Shown: piece after piece, positions 53,501 through 63,247 of the stretch
Numbering within the stretch: position 1 is the stretch's first letter
Layout: each line of letters starts with the position of its first letter
NCBI RefSeq assembly: GCF_001194135.2
Contig: NC_068990.1
Coordinates: forward strand, 9,608,094-9,671,340
Length of the DNA: 63,247 bases
Source of the DNA: Octopus bimaculoides
Lineage: Eukaryota
Direction: 5' to 3'
Made by a program: the position numbers and the translations under genes
The notes under the pieces: generated by a model
What the model saw: the letters and a program-made list of their open reading frames with translations, nothing else
Told to the model about the DNA's origin: nothing
The model's database searches: none

Positions 53501-53883
53501 ATTACTTAAGGCGACAGAATGCGTGCTACGAGATGTTGTACTTATATTTATACAAGTTTCTGAATATATTAACAAAAATTACTAACAGTCTTAGTTAATT
53601 TTGATTCGTGCTGCAACACAGGTGAAAACTGAAACATTGTAGCATACATACACATCTATTTATCAACCTATATAAAGATTGTTTAAGTTAGTACAGCTAC
53701 TTAATATGCATCATCTCTTACTCTCACTTTATCTTTGTTATATATCTCGTGCCATCTCATCGTACTCTTAACCCGTTGGCATTTTGATTACTCAGTTGAA
53801 TTAAATACTTATATACTCACATCACTTTGAATTGATCATACATTATGTCGTAGCTTCACGATTTCGATGATGTAGTTACTTAC

Positions 53884-54110
53884 TTTTAAAAAGCATTGTA
53901 GGATAGGTGTGAGATGCGGGATCTGACTGGTTCAAACCAGTATTTATACCGACTATGGTTGGTGTAATTGCTAATGGGTTATTCCAATTCTCTGTAACAT
54001 TCGGTAACACCGATGCTAATTTTGAAACTAATTTGCAACTGATCAGCGTTATTGGTAAATTACATGGTGTCAATATAACCAAACACCAAAGACTACTCTC
54101 GGCATAGTAT
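53884..54110 (-). CDS. Candidate 227-nt coding exon, extracellular-like, product unknown
   Basis: GTAAGT donor immediately after an open frame YYAESSLWCLVILTPCNLPITLISCKLVSKLASVLPNVTENWNNPLAITPTIVGINTGLNQSDPASHTYPTMLFK with two N-glycosylation sequons; the acceptor is weak, so the 5' boundary is uncertain. Confidence 0.4.
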
Positions 54111-54229
54111 CTACGTATACTCAGACAGTTCAATAAATTTTTATTCACGTCAATTTTAGAAGCATTTACTTATAATAAAACATTTATAATTGATATATTT
54201 CTCTGGTTAAGGAAAAAAAAAAAGAAAGA

Positions 54230-55110
54230 AAATTGAAATTGTGTCGAGACACCAAACATCTTTTTTTTTATTTTTTAGCTAATTTGAAGGTGCTGAATCT
54301 GAAAATGACCTCACTTTTTCTTGGCCAGCTACCGTCTATGCTGTACAGAAATGCTTCATTTTTGAAAAAAAAAGAAGCATTTTCTTCATCTGTCTTCTGT
54401 ATATTTGATATTGAATGATGGCAATATTTCTCAAAGTAAAATCGTAGAAACCTCTCACTTCATATTTGGTCTGCTTATTGGGAAATACTATTTTTGCAAT
54501 AACAATCAGCCCCTAAGTCTTTAAAAATAACCAAGACCAACAAGAATTATCATGAAATCATTAAATAAACTAACAGTAGGAATAAAACTTTCGTGAACAT
54601 AAGAACTATGGTAAAAATTTTCTTTCTTGATTGTCAGTCATGTTCAATGTTATTTAAATCCCTTTTGATACACCAGAAGTAGTCAGCCCTCATTCGTTTG
54701 TCCCACCGTCCCCGGTAGCGCTCTTCCATTGTTTTGATATCCTGATGGAATCGTTCTCCTTGTTCATCACTCATATCGCCGCAAGTATCCGGAAATTTAT
54801 CTAGATGGCTATGTAAAAAAATAACCTTAATACTCATATTAGCGCCTATGTCCTGTAGAATTTTCAACAGCTTTTCCACTAACTCCTTGTATGTTTCGGC
54901 CCGGTGATTGCCTAAGAAGTTTTTCACCACGTCCAGAAACAATGTCCAAGCGCGTAATTCCAAGTCATTCATTGAATTAACAAATTCATCACCCTTAATG
55001 AGTTTCCTAATAACAGGACCATCAAATACTCCTGCTTTGAGTTTTTCGGTGCTAAGTCCTGGAAATGATTTACATATATACTCAAAACATTTACTTTCTT
55101 TAGTATTAAA
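54230..55110 (-). mobile_element. 3' part of a DNA transposon; transposase C-terminus (54634-55107), most like CMC/Chapaev3
   Basis: Open reading CFEYICKSFPGLSTEKLKAGVFDGPVIRKLIK..MNDLELRAW..VVKNFLGN..MSIKVIFLHSHLDKFP..GDMSDEQGERFHQDIKTMEERYRGRW..ADYFWCIKRD. The transposase call is firm; the family label is from memory. Confidence 0.8.
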
Positions 55111-55559
55111 AAAATGACTCAGATGATCGTGAGGCTACCACAGTAAGTTCCTCTTACATTCTCGGATATCACTCCAGTTGATAATTACATTGGATTATCA
55201 GAGTGATTCGTTTATCATTTTCCATTTATTTTAATCTTTATTAACTCATCAACACTTTAAACAAATCAATCAATAATATTATTCACATTACATTGTTTAT
55301 GGCTTCTTGTCAACATTTCGCTAACCTGTCCATAATTTGACGGTAGAAATCCATGATTTTGTCGGCAGGTATTGACTCATAGTATTCATCAATCTACGTT
55401 TCAGAAAATGCACTCTGAATTACCCGTGTCTATTCCCCAACATTTTCTCTCTCCCTGTCTCACTTTGAAAAATCAGGATATATTCAGGAGTCTACTCAAA
55501 TAAAAAAAAAAACACTTAAATTACTCCATTCTCAAAAAGGGCAACCTCTCTTGTCCCAC

Positions 55560-56060
55560 CAAATATTACCCTAACACTCACTTTCAACAGTTCAAATGTG
55601 ATAGAGTGAGTCATTAAGAACAACCTTTGTTATCACTCTATATCCTCATCTTCAACTGCACGGCGTTGATATTACTGGAATTCCTGAAGACTTAATCTAT
55701 TTAGTAACATACGAGTAGTCTCTTCGGCGAAAACATCAACATCAGGAAGGCAGTTCCATATGTCACATATAAAAATGTCTTTCCAAAAACCGCTTGCATT
55801 AGGAGCTTTACATCAGAACGTAACGTAGAGCGTATTAACAGCTCTCTTTGACCCGCACTATAAATTCTGGTGTCTCCTTCTGTTGGAGTCTCTAACTTCA
55901 CTCTTCAACTCCAACCCGGCCATACCCATGCGACAAAAATCTAAATTCTTCTCTGATTCTATGAACAGAATCTTTAGGACTATCTCGTCAAATTTTTCTC
56001 TTTCAATACTTGAAGAAACTATTGCTGAAATTTTAAAGAAAAAATGAACAACATCCAACT
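55560..56060 (-). mobile_element. Possible very old LINE RT remnant
   Basis: Only a weak motif, KRAVNTL..CKAPNASGF..DIW (compare KAPGPDGF..FW), with many stops. Confidence 0.25.
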
Positions 56061-57171
56061 AAATCTGTAAAATGCGATACAAATCCGAGGCGTCACATTC
56101 ACCGAGAAACTCTTCCCTTGACACTACATCAGTAGCATAACAATAATTACACCAACAAATGGTTGTCATTCCCTTTTGGCGCTAACTATTCATCAGCTTC
56201 TGGCCCCATTTCTTGGACTGTTGTTTAATTTCTGCAGGCAGTTAGGATATTCCTGATTCATTCATCCCTTTCTTTATCATGCACGTATTGTCCTTCCCAA
56301 AAAACAAGCCAAACAAAAACTCTGCACTAACCCCTATCCCCAGAACTTTATCGTAAGAAAAACAGTCTTTCTAGAACTTCTTCCATGCAGTTGTACTTTT
56401 TACATCTTTCAAGTTTGATATATCCAGAAACATTCTTATCGTTTCAATCTAACTGATTTCATGGAGAGTGGAACAGCTATTGGCAGATCCAATTCCATCA
56501 ATCCAAACTAATTATTAAAAGATCTCAATGTTGACCTGCAGCTGAACTTGTACAAGTGGTAGCAACTGCGACTTGATTTGAAATTTTCCGCTAATGCAAT
56601 TACGTTTTTTTTTTTACTTCCTCTTAAGAAGTATAGTAATCACAATATCCTATTTTGCTTTCCTTACTATATTGAGCATCTACACATCATGTAATAATAA
56701 TCAATTTTCATAAACGGAAATGCACGTATCTTACAGCCAGATACACTTGTGCTAAAATCATGTTGCAATATACCTCACTGATCACCTTGAAAACTGTCTT
56801 TGATCTAACGGTTGAAGAAATCAATACCTAAGTACAAATTAGTCACCTTCTGATATATTTCGATATATACCTATTATAACGTAACTGATCTCCGAAAATG
56901 TAATCATTTAACTACATCTCACTCTATTCTACATAGATGCTTTAATAAATCCGGATGCAACGAGTATTGATCGAAATGCTCTCCGATCATATGGAATATC
57001 GGCAAACAAACCACAACATATTTCAAGGGATCTCACTATAGAGAGTCAGCGTCACCTTTGAGAAATTCACCACGGACAGCTTCGATTCTTACGATAGTAA
57101 CGACAATGAATTAGTATAAATAGACTCATAAGGTCAGTGCCTTCAACTGAATTGTTTGTCCTCTTATTTAC

Positions 57172-57348
57172 ATCGAAATATGTGCATGCAGATTTTTTTA
57201 ACCAAATAGAATTCACAAATATACTCGCAATTTCAAGTCCACGGATAAACACATATTCCTTGAAATCTTTAATTTCCATTAAAATTATTGGAAAATTAAT
57301 CGCTATAAGTATTAATGCTAATGATGCAAATATACCAGTTATACCAAA
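57172..57348 (-). CDS. Candidate 177-nt symmetric exon encoding two hydrophobic segments
   Basis: TTTGTCCAG acceptor, GTAAAT donor, phase 0-0: FGITGIFASLALILIAINFPIILMEIKDFKEYVFIRGLEIASIFVNSIWLKKSACTYFD. Confidence 0.4.
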
Positions 57349-58390
57349 CTGGACAAATTTCGATGGGTGTCAGAGATACTAAATTTAATCTATCACTGCA
57401 ATATATATTTAATAAAAGGCGCTAACAGGAGCTCTCCCTTATCATAGGAAATATCTTAATTAGTACAGGCTTATTTCTACTTGCAGTAATCCCTCAATTA
57501 AGAGTCTCCCGCTTTATTATGCCTTAATTTAATGGCATTAATTTAATTATGAAAAAAAAAGAGTAATTAATTACTCAAGTATTGCGAAGCATTCCTAATG
57601 ATTACTATTAACGTTTAAACACGAGGCTGAGCCCCAATAATATACATGTGAGTGTTTGTTCATTTATTCGGCCATTTCGTTTGTTTACGTTTCAAAGGCG
57701 AGCGCGTATAGTGTACGCATGTTTCCTCCGCTGTCTTTTAAAGTCAATACATTTGGGTTACTCCATTATGAGAAAATTTGAAATGGAAGATCTAGCAATG
57801 GTATCTCATGTTTATGTCTTTATTCACACTGTATACAACAATGCCATCACATATATTCAAAATATATTGCTAATCAGGTGCACCTCAGTGTTTCTACAAA
57901 TAATATGAATGATGTTTTTCAATTTCACAACAAAGAGTTCACGAACAAGACCTTCTTGAAAAGGAGGTACTTTATGACAAATCAGAACTGTATGTAACAA
58001 TATTTTGTTTCTTCCTACATTCTCACTGACTTGCGGAAGCTTTGTTTTACATATTCAAAGCAGGATTGACAATTGAAGCGTCAATATTCAATTAGGAAAA
58101 AAGTTGGCGCAGACCTAAACATTACAAAGGAACATTTGAGTCCTCCCTCAAGTGAATCAGATAAAACGAGAGGCAGTGTGACATCATATAAAGGATATAA
58201 TTTGAGCGTTAAAGAAACATTGAATAATGAATAATATCCACAGAAATTTGCCTATTATTTGAAATGATTTTATGTATCTAATTATACTTAAATTATGCTT
58301 TATTATTCCTGATTTAATATAAGAATATTTTATGTGAAATCAAATAATCCAGAATGTAAGCACATTTTATAGCACTAAATCCCACACGAA

Positions 58391-58610
58391 ATAATCTCAC
58401 TTAAAGATTGTTCTCTTAAATTATAAACAAATGGAAACAATTAAATCGTTAATCCCAGGTATTGCCGTATAATCCAAATTCTTAAGTTTAATAAGGGCAT
58501 TCCCTTATTAAACTTAAGAATTTGGATTATACGGCAATACCTGGGATTAACGATTTAATTGTTTCAATTTGTTTAGTATTTAAGAGAGCAAACTTTAAGT
58601 GAGAGATTAT
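58391..58610. repeat. Hairpin with a 64-bp perfect stem, 4-nt loop and about 44 bp of imperfect outer stem
   Basis: 58434-58497 is the exact reverse complement of 58502-58565; loop CATT. Confidence 0.97.
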
Positions 58611-59196
58611 GCTATTCTCAAAATTAAACTTTTGACCCTTCACTGTAGAAGGAAGAGCTACAAGACTGAATGGTTTTGCATAACCCTGGATCCTTAGTTC
58701 ATCAGAAATTTTAAATACAGTGTTGTTAATAGCTTTCATCACATTCAGATAAGGTTTATAGTAATCCATGGAAATGGCATAGAATAAAAATCGATTGTAA
58801 GAACTTCTCTCAACTTGATACAAGATAACTCTCTTGTCATAATGGAAATGAAATGTACAGCATTAAAATCTCTGATCAGTTGTGTCCTGTTTTCCGAATC
58901 CTTTTCGTATGGAGTAACCCTATTTCTGAATTTAACGATGCGAATGATTGCAAATAAATCATTCTTAACCAGAATCAATGCCGGATTACAAGTAGGACAT
59001 TTATACGATTTAAATCCAAATTTATCCCGTTGCTTATCAACTAGTGATTGCTATCTAAATTGAAAGCTCGCCATTTTCTTTGAATAAGTGTATCCTTTTA
59101 CTGAATAAATATTTTCCAAGTCTGTTGGATACAATGATAGAAGTGAGAAAATCCCCAAATCCATAGGTTATCCAATGAAACTTATATGCAAAACTG
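58527..59196 (-). pseudogene. Decayed large coding exon of unknown family
   Basis: Strong acceptor TTCTTTTCTCTCCAG(CAG); about 220 codons readable with two in-frame stops and one frameshift: VLHISFIG*PMDLGIFSLL..SFQFR*QSLVDKQRDKFGFKSYKCPTCNPALILVKND..HFISIMTRE / YQVERSSYNRFLFYAISMDYYKPY..IPGIAV*. Confidence 0.5.
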
Positions 59197-59247
59197 CTGG
59201 AGAGAAAAGAATTATTTAAGACTGTAAACATACAAAANNNNNNNNNN

Positions 59248-59302
<55 letters not shown>

Positions 59303-59741
59303 TATGTATATGTATGTATGTAAGTATACGGAAATAAATATATTAAATACTAAGTACGATAGATAAATATAAACATTAATACATTCAATAATATTAATTG
59401 CTTTAAAATGGCAGCGTAAGTCTTCAAGTGCTCATCCAGAGATTTCACATACAATGTAAGCAATTAAATTTCGCATTCAGTAACTTTTTCTAAAATTTGA
59501 ACAAGTATGTAGCTTTCACTTTCGCTAGCTATCACCTATTTCTATTTGTCCGCTGAAATTCTGATGGACATTTCTAGAATCTTGTTATGAATAGCATTCG
59601 AGCCTAACTCTAAACAAAGAGACGCTACGCAGTCATGAGGTGCTGTACAATTACAGTCTCTGTCTCCGTAGTTAAATTTGCTAAATTTGCGCACTATACC
59701 GGTCAGAGCTCAACAAAGTCGTAGATGAATGATATGAAAAA

Positions 59742-60028
59742 ATGCTGGAGCACCGCCTTATTTTTTGTAAGCCTAGTACTTATTCTATCGGGTCTTTTGC
59801 CGAACTGCTAAGTTACAGGGACATAAACACACGAACATCGGTTGTCATGCGATAGTGGGCTGTGGACAAACATACACACGCAAATACACATGCAACTACC
59901 AAATCCATTTACAAGGATTTGGTCGGCCCGAGGCTACCGTAGAAGACATTTTGTGACACGCAGTGGTACTGAACCCGGAGCCCTGTGGTTGGGAAACAAA
60001 TTTCTTACCAGACAGTCACTCGTGCGAC
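59742..60028 (-). mobile_element. SINE family B
   Basis: TGCTGGAGCACCGCC..AAGCCTAGTACTTATTCTATCGG..TTGGTCGGCCCGAGGCTA..GCAGTGGTACTGAACCCGG. Confidence 0.92.
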
Positions 60029-61211
60029 TATATATACAGAAATTCAACATATTCTCCCCTCTCTGTGGCGAGAATCGAAGTGGGAAATTCCTTATGTTTT
60101 GAATTAAAATAAATGTATGTATGTATATATATATATATATATATNNNNNNNNNNNNNNNNNNNNNNNNNNNNNNNNNNNNNNNNNNNNNNNNNNNNNNNN
60201 NNNNNNNNNNNNNNNNNNNNNNNNNNNNNNNNNNNNNNNNNNNNNNNNNNNNNNNNNNNNNNNNNNNNNNNNNNNNNNNNNNNNNNNNNNNNNNNNNNNN
60301 NNNNNNNNNNNNNNNNNNNNNNNNNNNNNNNNNNNNNNNNNNNNNNNNNNNNNNNNNNNNNNNNNNNNNNNNNNNNNNNNNNNNNNNNNNNNNNNNNNNN
60401 NNNNNNNNNNNNNNNNNNNNNNNNNNNNNNNNNNNNNNNNNNNNNNNNNNNNNNNNNNNNNNNNNNNATATATATATATATATAGATAGATATTCATACA
60501 TACTGGTGCGTTTGAGCGTTTCAGTGCAAAGTAGTAATCGAAAAGGTAAAGTATGTTAACTGAAAAACTTCGCATACTGTTACGCCGATTCTCCTGTAAC
60601 TGGTCACCACACGGTGCTGACCACCTGTCTGAGGATCAATTGAGTTAAACCCGAAGGAAAACTTTGTGGCAAGGGGGTGTAAGAATGTGTATGTATATTG
60701 TAAGAATACATCTGTATATATGCGCACGACTGTGTGCGCGACTTTTTGCATTCTGCTGTAGGATCATTTACATGTTGAGAATGATATATCACTTTATGTC
60801 ATGTCCCAAAATAACAATGTATTTTTGACTATAGCATCAGACTATGTGATATTATTTCAAAATATCAGGACATATATGACAGTTGGAAGCTCGAGATACA
60901 TCACCTTGTGTTATTTGAAACAAGAATTATCCAAATAGAATGGCTATATTAGAAGCAAAATATATATTTGACATTTTCCCCACACCTTAGAATTGCCACA
61001 CAAAGGATCATCTATTTCATTTCTCTCTTTAAAATGATTTTACCTACAAAATTATTTCCATATTATCACCAAGTCCTGGAATATATTATATTAGTGACAT
61101 TAGCGTCAAGTCATCGGCGGTCTCTCAGATTTAAGAATTTAGTTACCCTTTTGTACATAGGAGCTACTCCTGTATGTGTGCATGCATGAATATGTATTAT
61201 CTATATATCTA

Positions 61212-61748
61212 CAGGGGTTGGACAAAAAATGGAAACACAGCATCATAGCATCATAATTTTGAATTATCTATAAAACTGTCAAAAGCTTGTTCATCTTTAT
61301 GTTTTTTGGATTTATTATTAGTGTTGCTTAATATGTTTTGCTAAAATCGCTGTTTCTTTTCAGATATCATCAGAAAATAGTAATTAAAATCCATTAAAAT
61401 GACAGATCTGCCGGACTTTCAAAGAGGTCAAATTGTTGGTGCTCGTATAGCAGGTGCTAGCGTAATGAAAACAGCCGAAATGTTTGGTGTATCAAGAAGT
61501 ACTATCTCGAAGGTAATGACAACCTTTGAGAAAGAGGGAAAAAACCTCGTCATCGAAACAAAACTCCGGATGAAAACAAAAACTTTCAGATAGGGACCAT
61601 CGTACGCTTACGCGAATTGTTAGAAAGGGTCACAAATGTACAGCACCCAAAATTACTGCAGAGCTTAATGACCAACTCGAGAACCCAGTCTCAACAAAAA
61701 TTGTTTCCCGAGAGCTGCACAAAGCTGGATTTCACGGCAGGGCTGCAT
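61212..61748 (+). mobile_element. Tc1-like element, 5' part (TIR plus transposase DNA-binding domain, one frameshift, one stop)
   Basis: TA followed by CAGGGGTTGGACAAAAAATGGAAAC TIR; MTDLPDFQRGQIVGARIAGASVMKTAEMFGVSRSTISKVMTTFEKEG then LSDRDHRTLTRIVRKGHKCTAPKITAELN..VS..LHKAGFHGRA. Confidence 0.92.
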
Positions 61749-62264
61749 GAACACTACTTTCAAAAACAATATCTTTCGCGTTCGGCTGCTCATATTCAGC
61801 TGAACTGACAGACTTGCATTCCCATGAAAGAGAGATGAAAAATGCTTAACGAAAAATTAATTCAGCATGTAACTGTTGAGAGTAGATCGGTTAGAGTAAG
61901 ATGTGTTTTTTAAGAAAACCAAGGAATATATAAAAAATTACACATTACAACTTGCTTTTAATTCATAAGACGTGACAAGTTGTAAACCTTTGGGTCAAAG
62001 AATTGCAGTTTTGCTAATATATTTAGTTGTCTTCTTGATGGAAGGAAGAAATGGTTGTAATAAGCTTAATGTTAACAACATTCAAATTAAATATGTATAT
62101 ATCATCATTATTTTTAATCTTTGTGTACACATCTACATATATAGGCGTAGATGTGTATATATAAGTGTGTGTATGTGAGCACACACACATATATATATAT
62201 ATATGTGTGTGCGTGCGTTCGTGTATGCGTGTGTGCATGTGTGTGTATTTCATGCGTGTCTTTT

Positions 62265-62480
62265 GTGTGTGTGATTGTCCACCACCAACGCTTGACAATT
62301 GGTGTTGGTGTGTTTATGTCATCATAACTTAGTGGTTCGGCAAAATGACGTATGTAATAAGTATAGTACTTAACAAAAATTAAGTACTGGGGTCGATTTC
62401 TTCGATTAATAAAATTCTTCAAGATGATTCTCCAGTATACCCGCAGACTGAACCTAATAAAATTTAAAAAATAAAGACAG
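62265..62480 (+). mobile_element. SINE family B 3' half
   Basis: ACGCTTGACAATTGGTGTTGGTGTGTTTATGTC..TAACTTAGTGGTTCGGCAAAA..AAGTACTGGGGTCGATTT. Confidence 0.85.
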
Positions 62481-62520
62481 TAAATATAAGGCACCTTACG
62501 TGTGCATTAAAAGCAATTTG

Positions 62521-62830
62521 GGGACGAGGTACGGTGGCCGTGTGCGAAGGAGATCTCTCGATATACGATGGCCCGAGAAAGAAGGACGGAACTAAGTAAA
62601 CGAGGAATTTCAACCATGTTTCGTGGTCTGCTACCACAACAGCTCCTTTATAGGATCTAGTTAGCTCAAGACATCATCAGGAGGAACCACGTCCGGTTTC
62701 GGCCCCTACTCCTCTACCGTTTTGACGTGGCGGGGCCCCTCCTTTCGGAGGTGTCTTCAGCTCTGGTGTTGGGTGCATGTCTTCTTTCTTCTATTCCCTG
62801 GCCTCTTCGATGCAGCATCAACGAGTGAAA
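62521..62830 (-). other. GC-rich structured island, possibly a degenerate Penelope pLTR
   Basis: GC content well above the flanks; minus strand has CTGAAGA, CTGATGA, two GAAAC..GTT motifs and a CCTCC-GAAA-GGAGG hairpin. Confidence 0.3.
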
Positions 62831-63247
62831 ACGTTAAGGAATTAATTTACAGTTTTAACTTTCATTTCTGATGTATTTCAAATTTCATATATGTTTATAA
62901 CTTCAACATGCCAGAGCAATGTTCGCAACATGTGTAGCTAAAAATATTTCCTGTAAAAATTAAGTTACTTTGCTTGCTATTAGAATAGCTGCAATCACGT
63001 TCTTGCCATGCGTTAAGTCTTAATACCAATAAACGACTTACAGGCATATAGCTGAAAACATAACAACACTTTTAGCTCGATTTCAAACACGTGCAATAGT
63101 AAGTGTAATATCCGCCAATCAGCGTTTGCATTGCAAATAGCCTATGACGTTGTATATTCCTTGTATGATACACCATGCTTTTAGAGAAAAAAAAAGCATT
63201 CGTCTATTCACTCACTCGTATATATATATATATATATATATATATAT

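Noticed and set aside
57137-57382. + strand 81-aa ORF
   Set aside because: Most likely the antisense shadow of the minus-strand hydrophobic exon candidate; it has no splice signals.

Overview
AT-rich eukaryotic draft-assembly sequence with 13 N-gaps, most abutting (TA)n tracts. It is not prokaryotic: no operons, rRNA, true tRNA or CRISPR were seen. The SINE families and microsatellite load look like an octopus/coleoid cephalopod genome (inference from memory of those repeats, not a search). Most of the window is intron-like or intergenic DNA filled with tRNA-derived SINEs, microsatellites and decayed transposons (mariner, Tc1, hAT MITE, Helentron-type HINEs, a Chapaev3-like transposase piece, R4/Dong and Penelope-like retroelements). 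Nearly all supplied ORFs are repeat or gap artefacts. The strongest signal is a 346-nt tandem unit at 43.5-44.1 kb carrying two identical, apparently intact minimal type I hammerhead ribozymes with a palindromic helix III. An older antisense tandem of the same family lies at 37.3-37.8 kb with a fully different but still complementary helix I, which points to a retrozyme / Penelope-pLTR-like family. Other highlights are a 64-bp perfect hairpin built from an inverted duplication of a decayed coding exon (58.4-58.6 kb), a 306-nt foldback (1.7-2.0 kb), and tentative exons on both strands that I could not assemble into a named gene.
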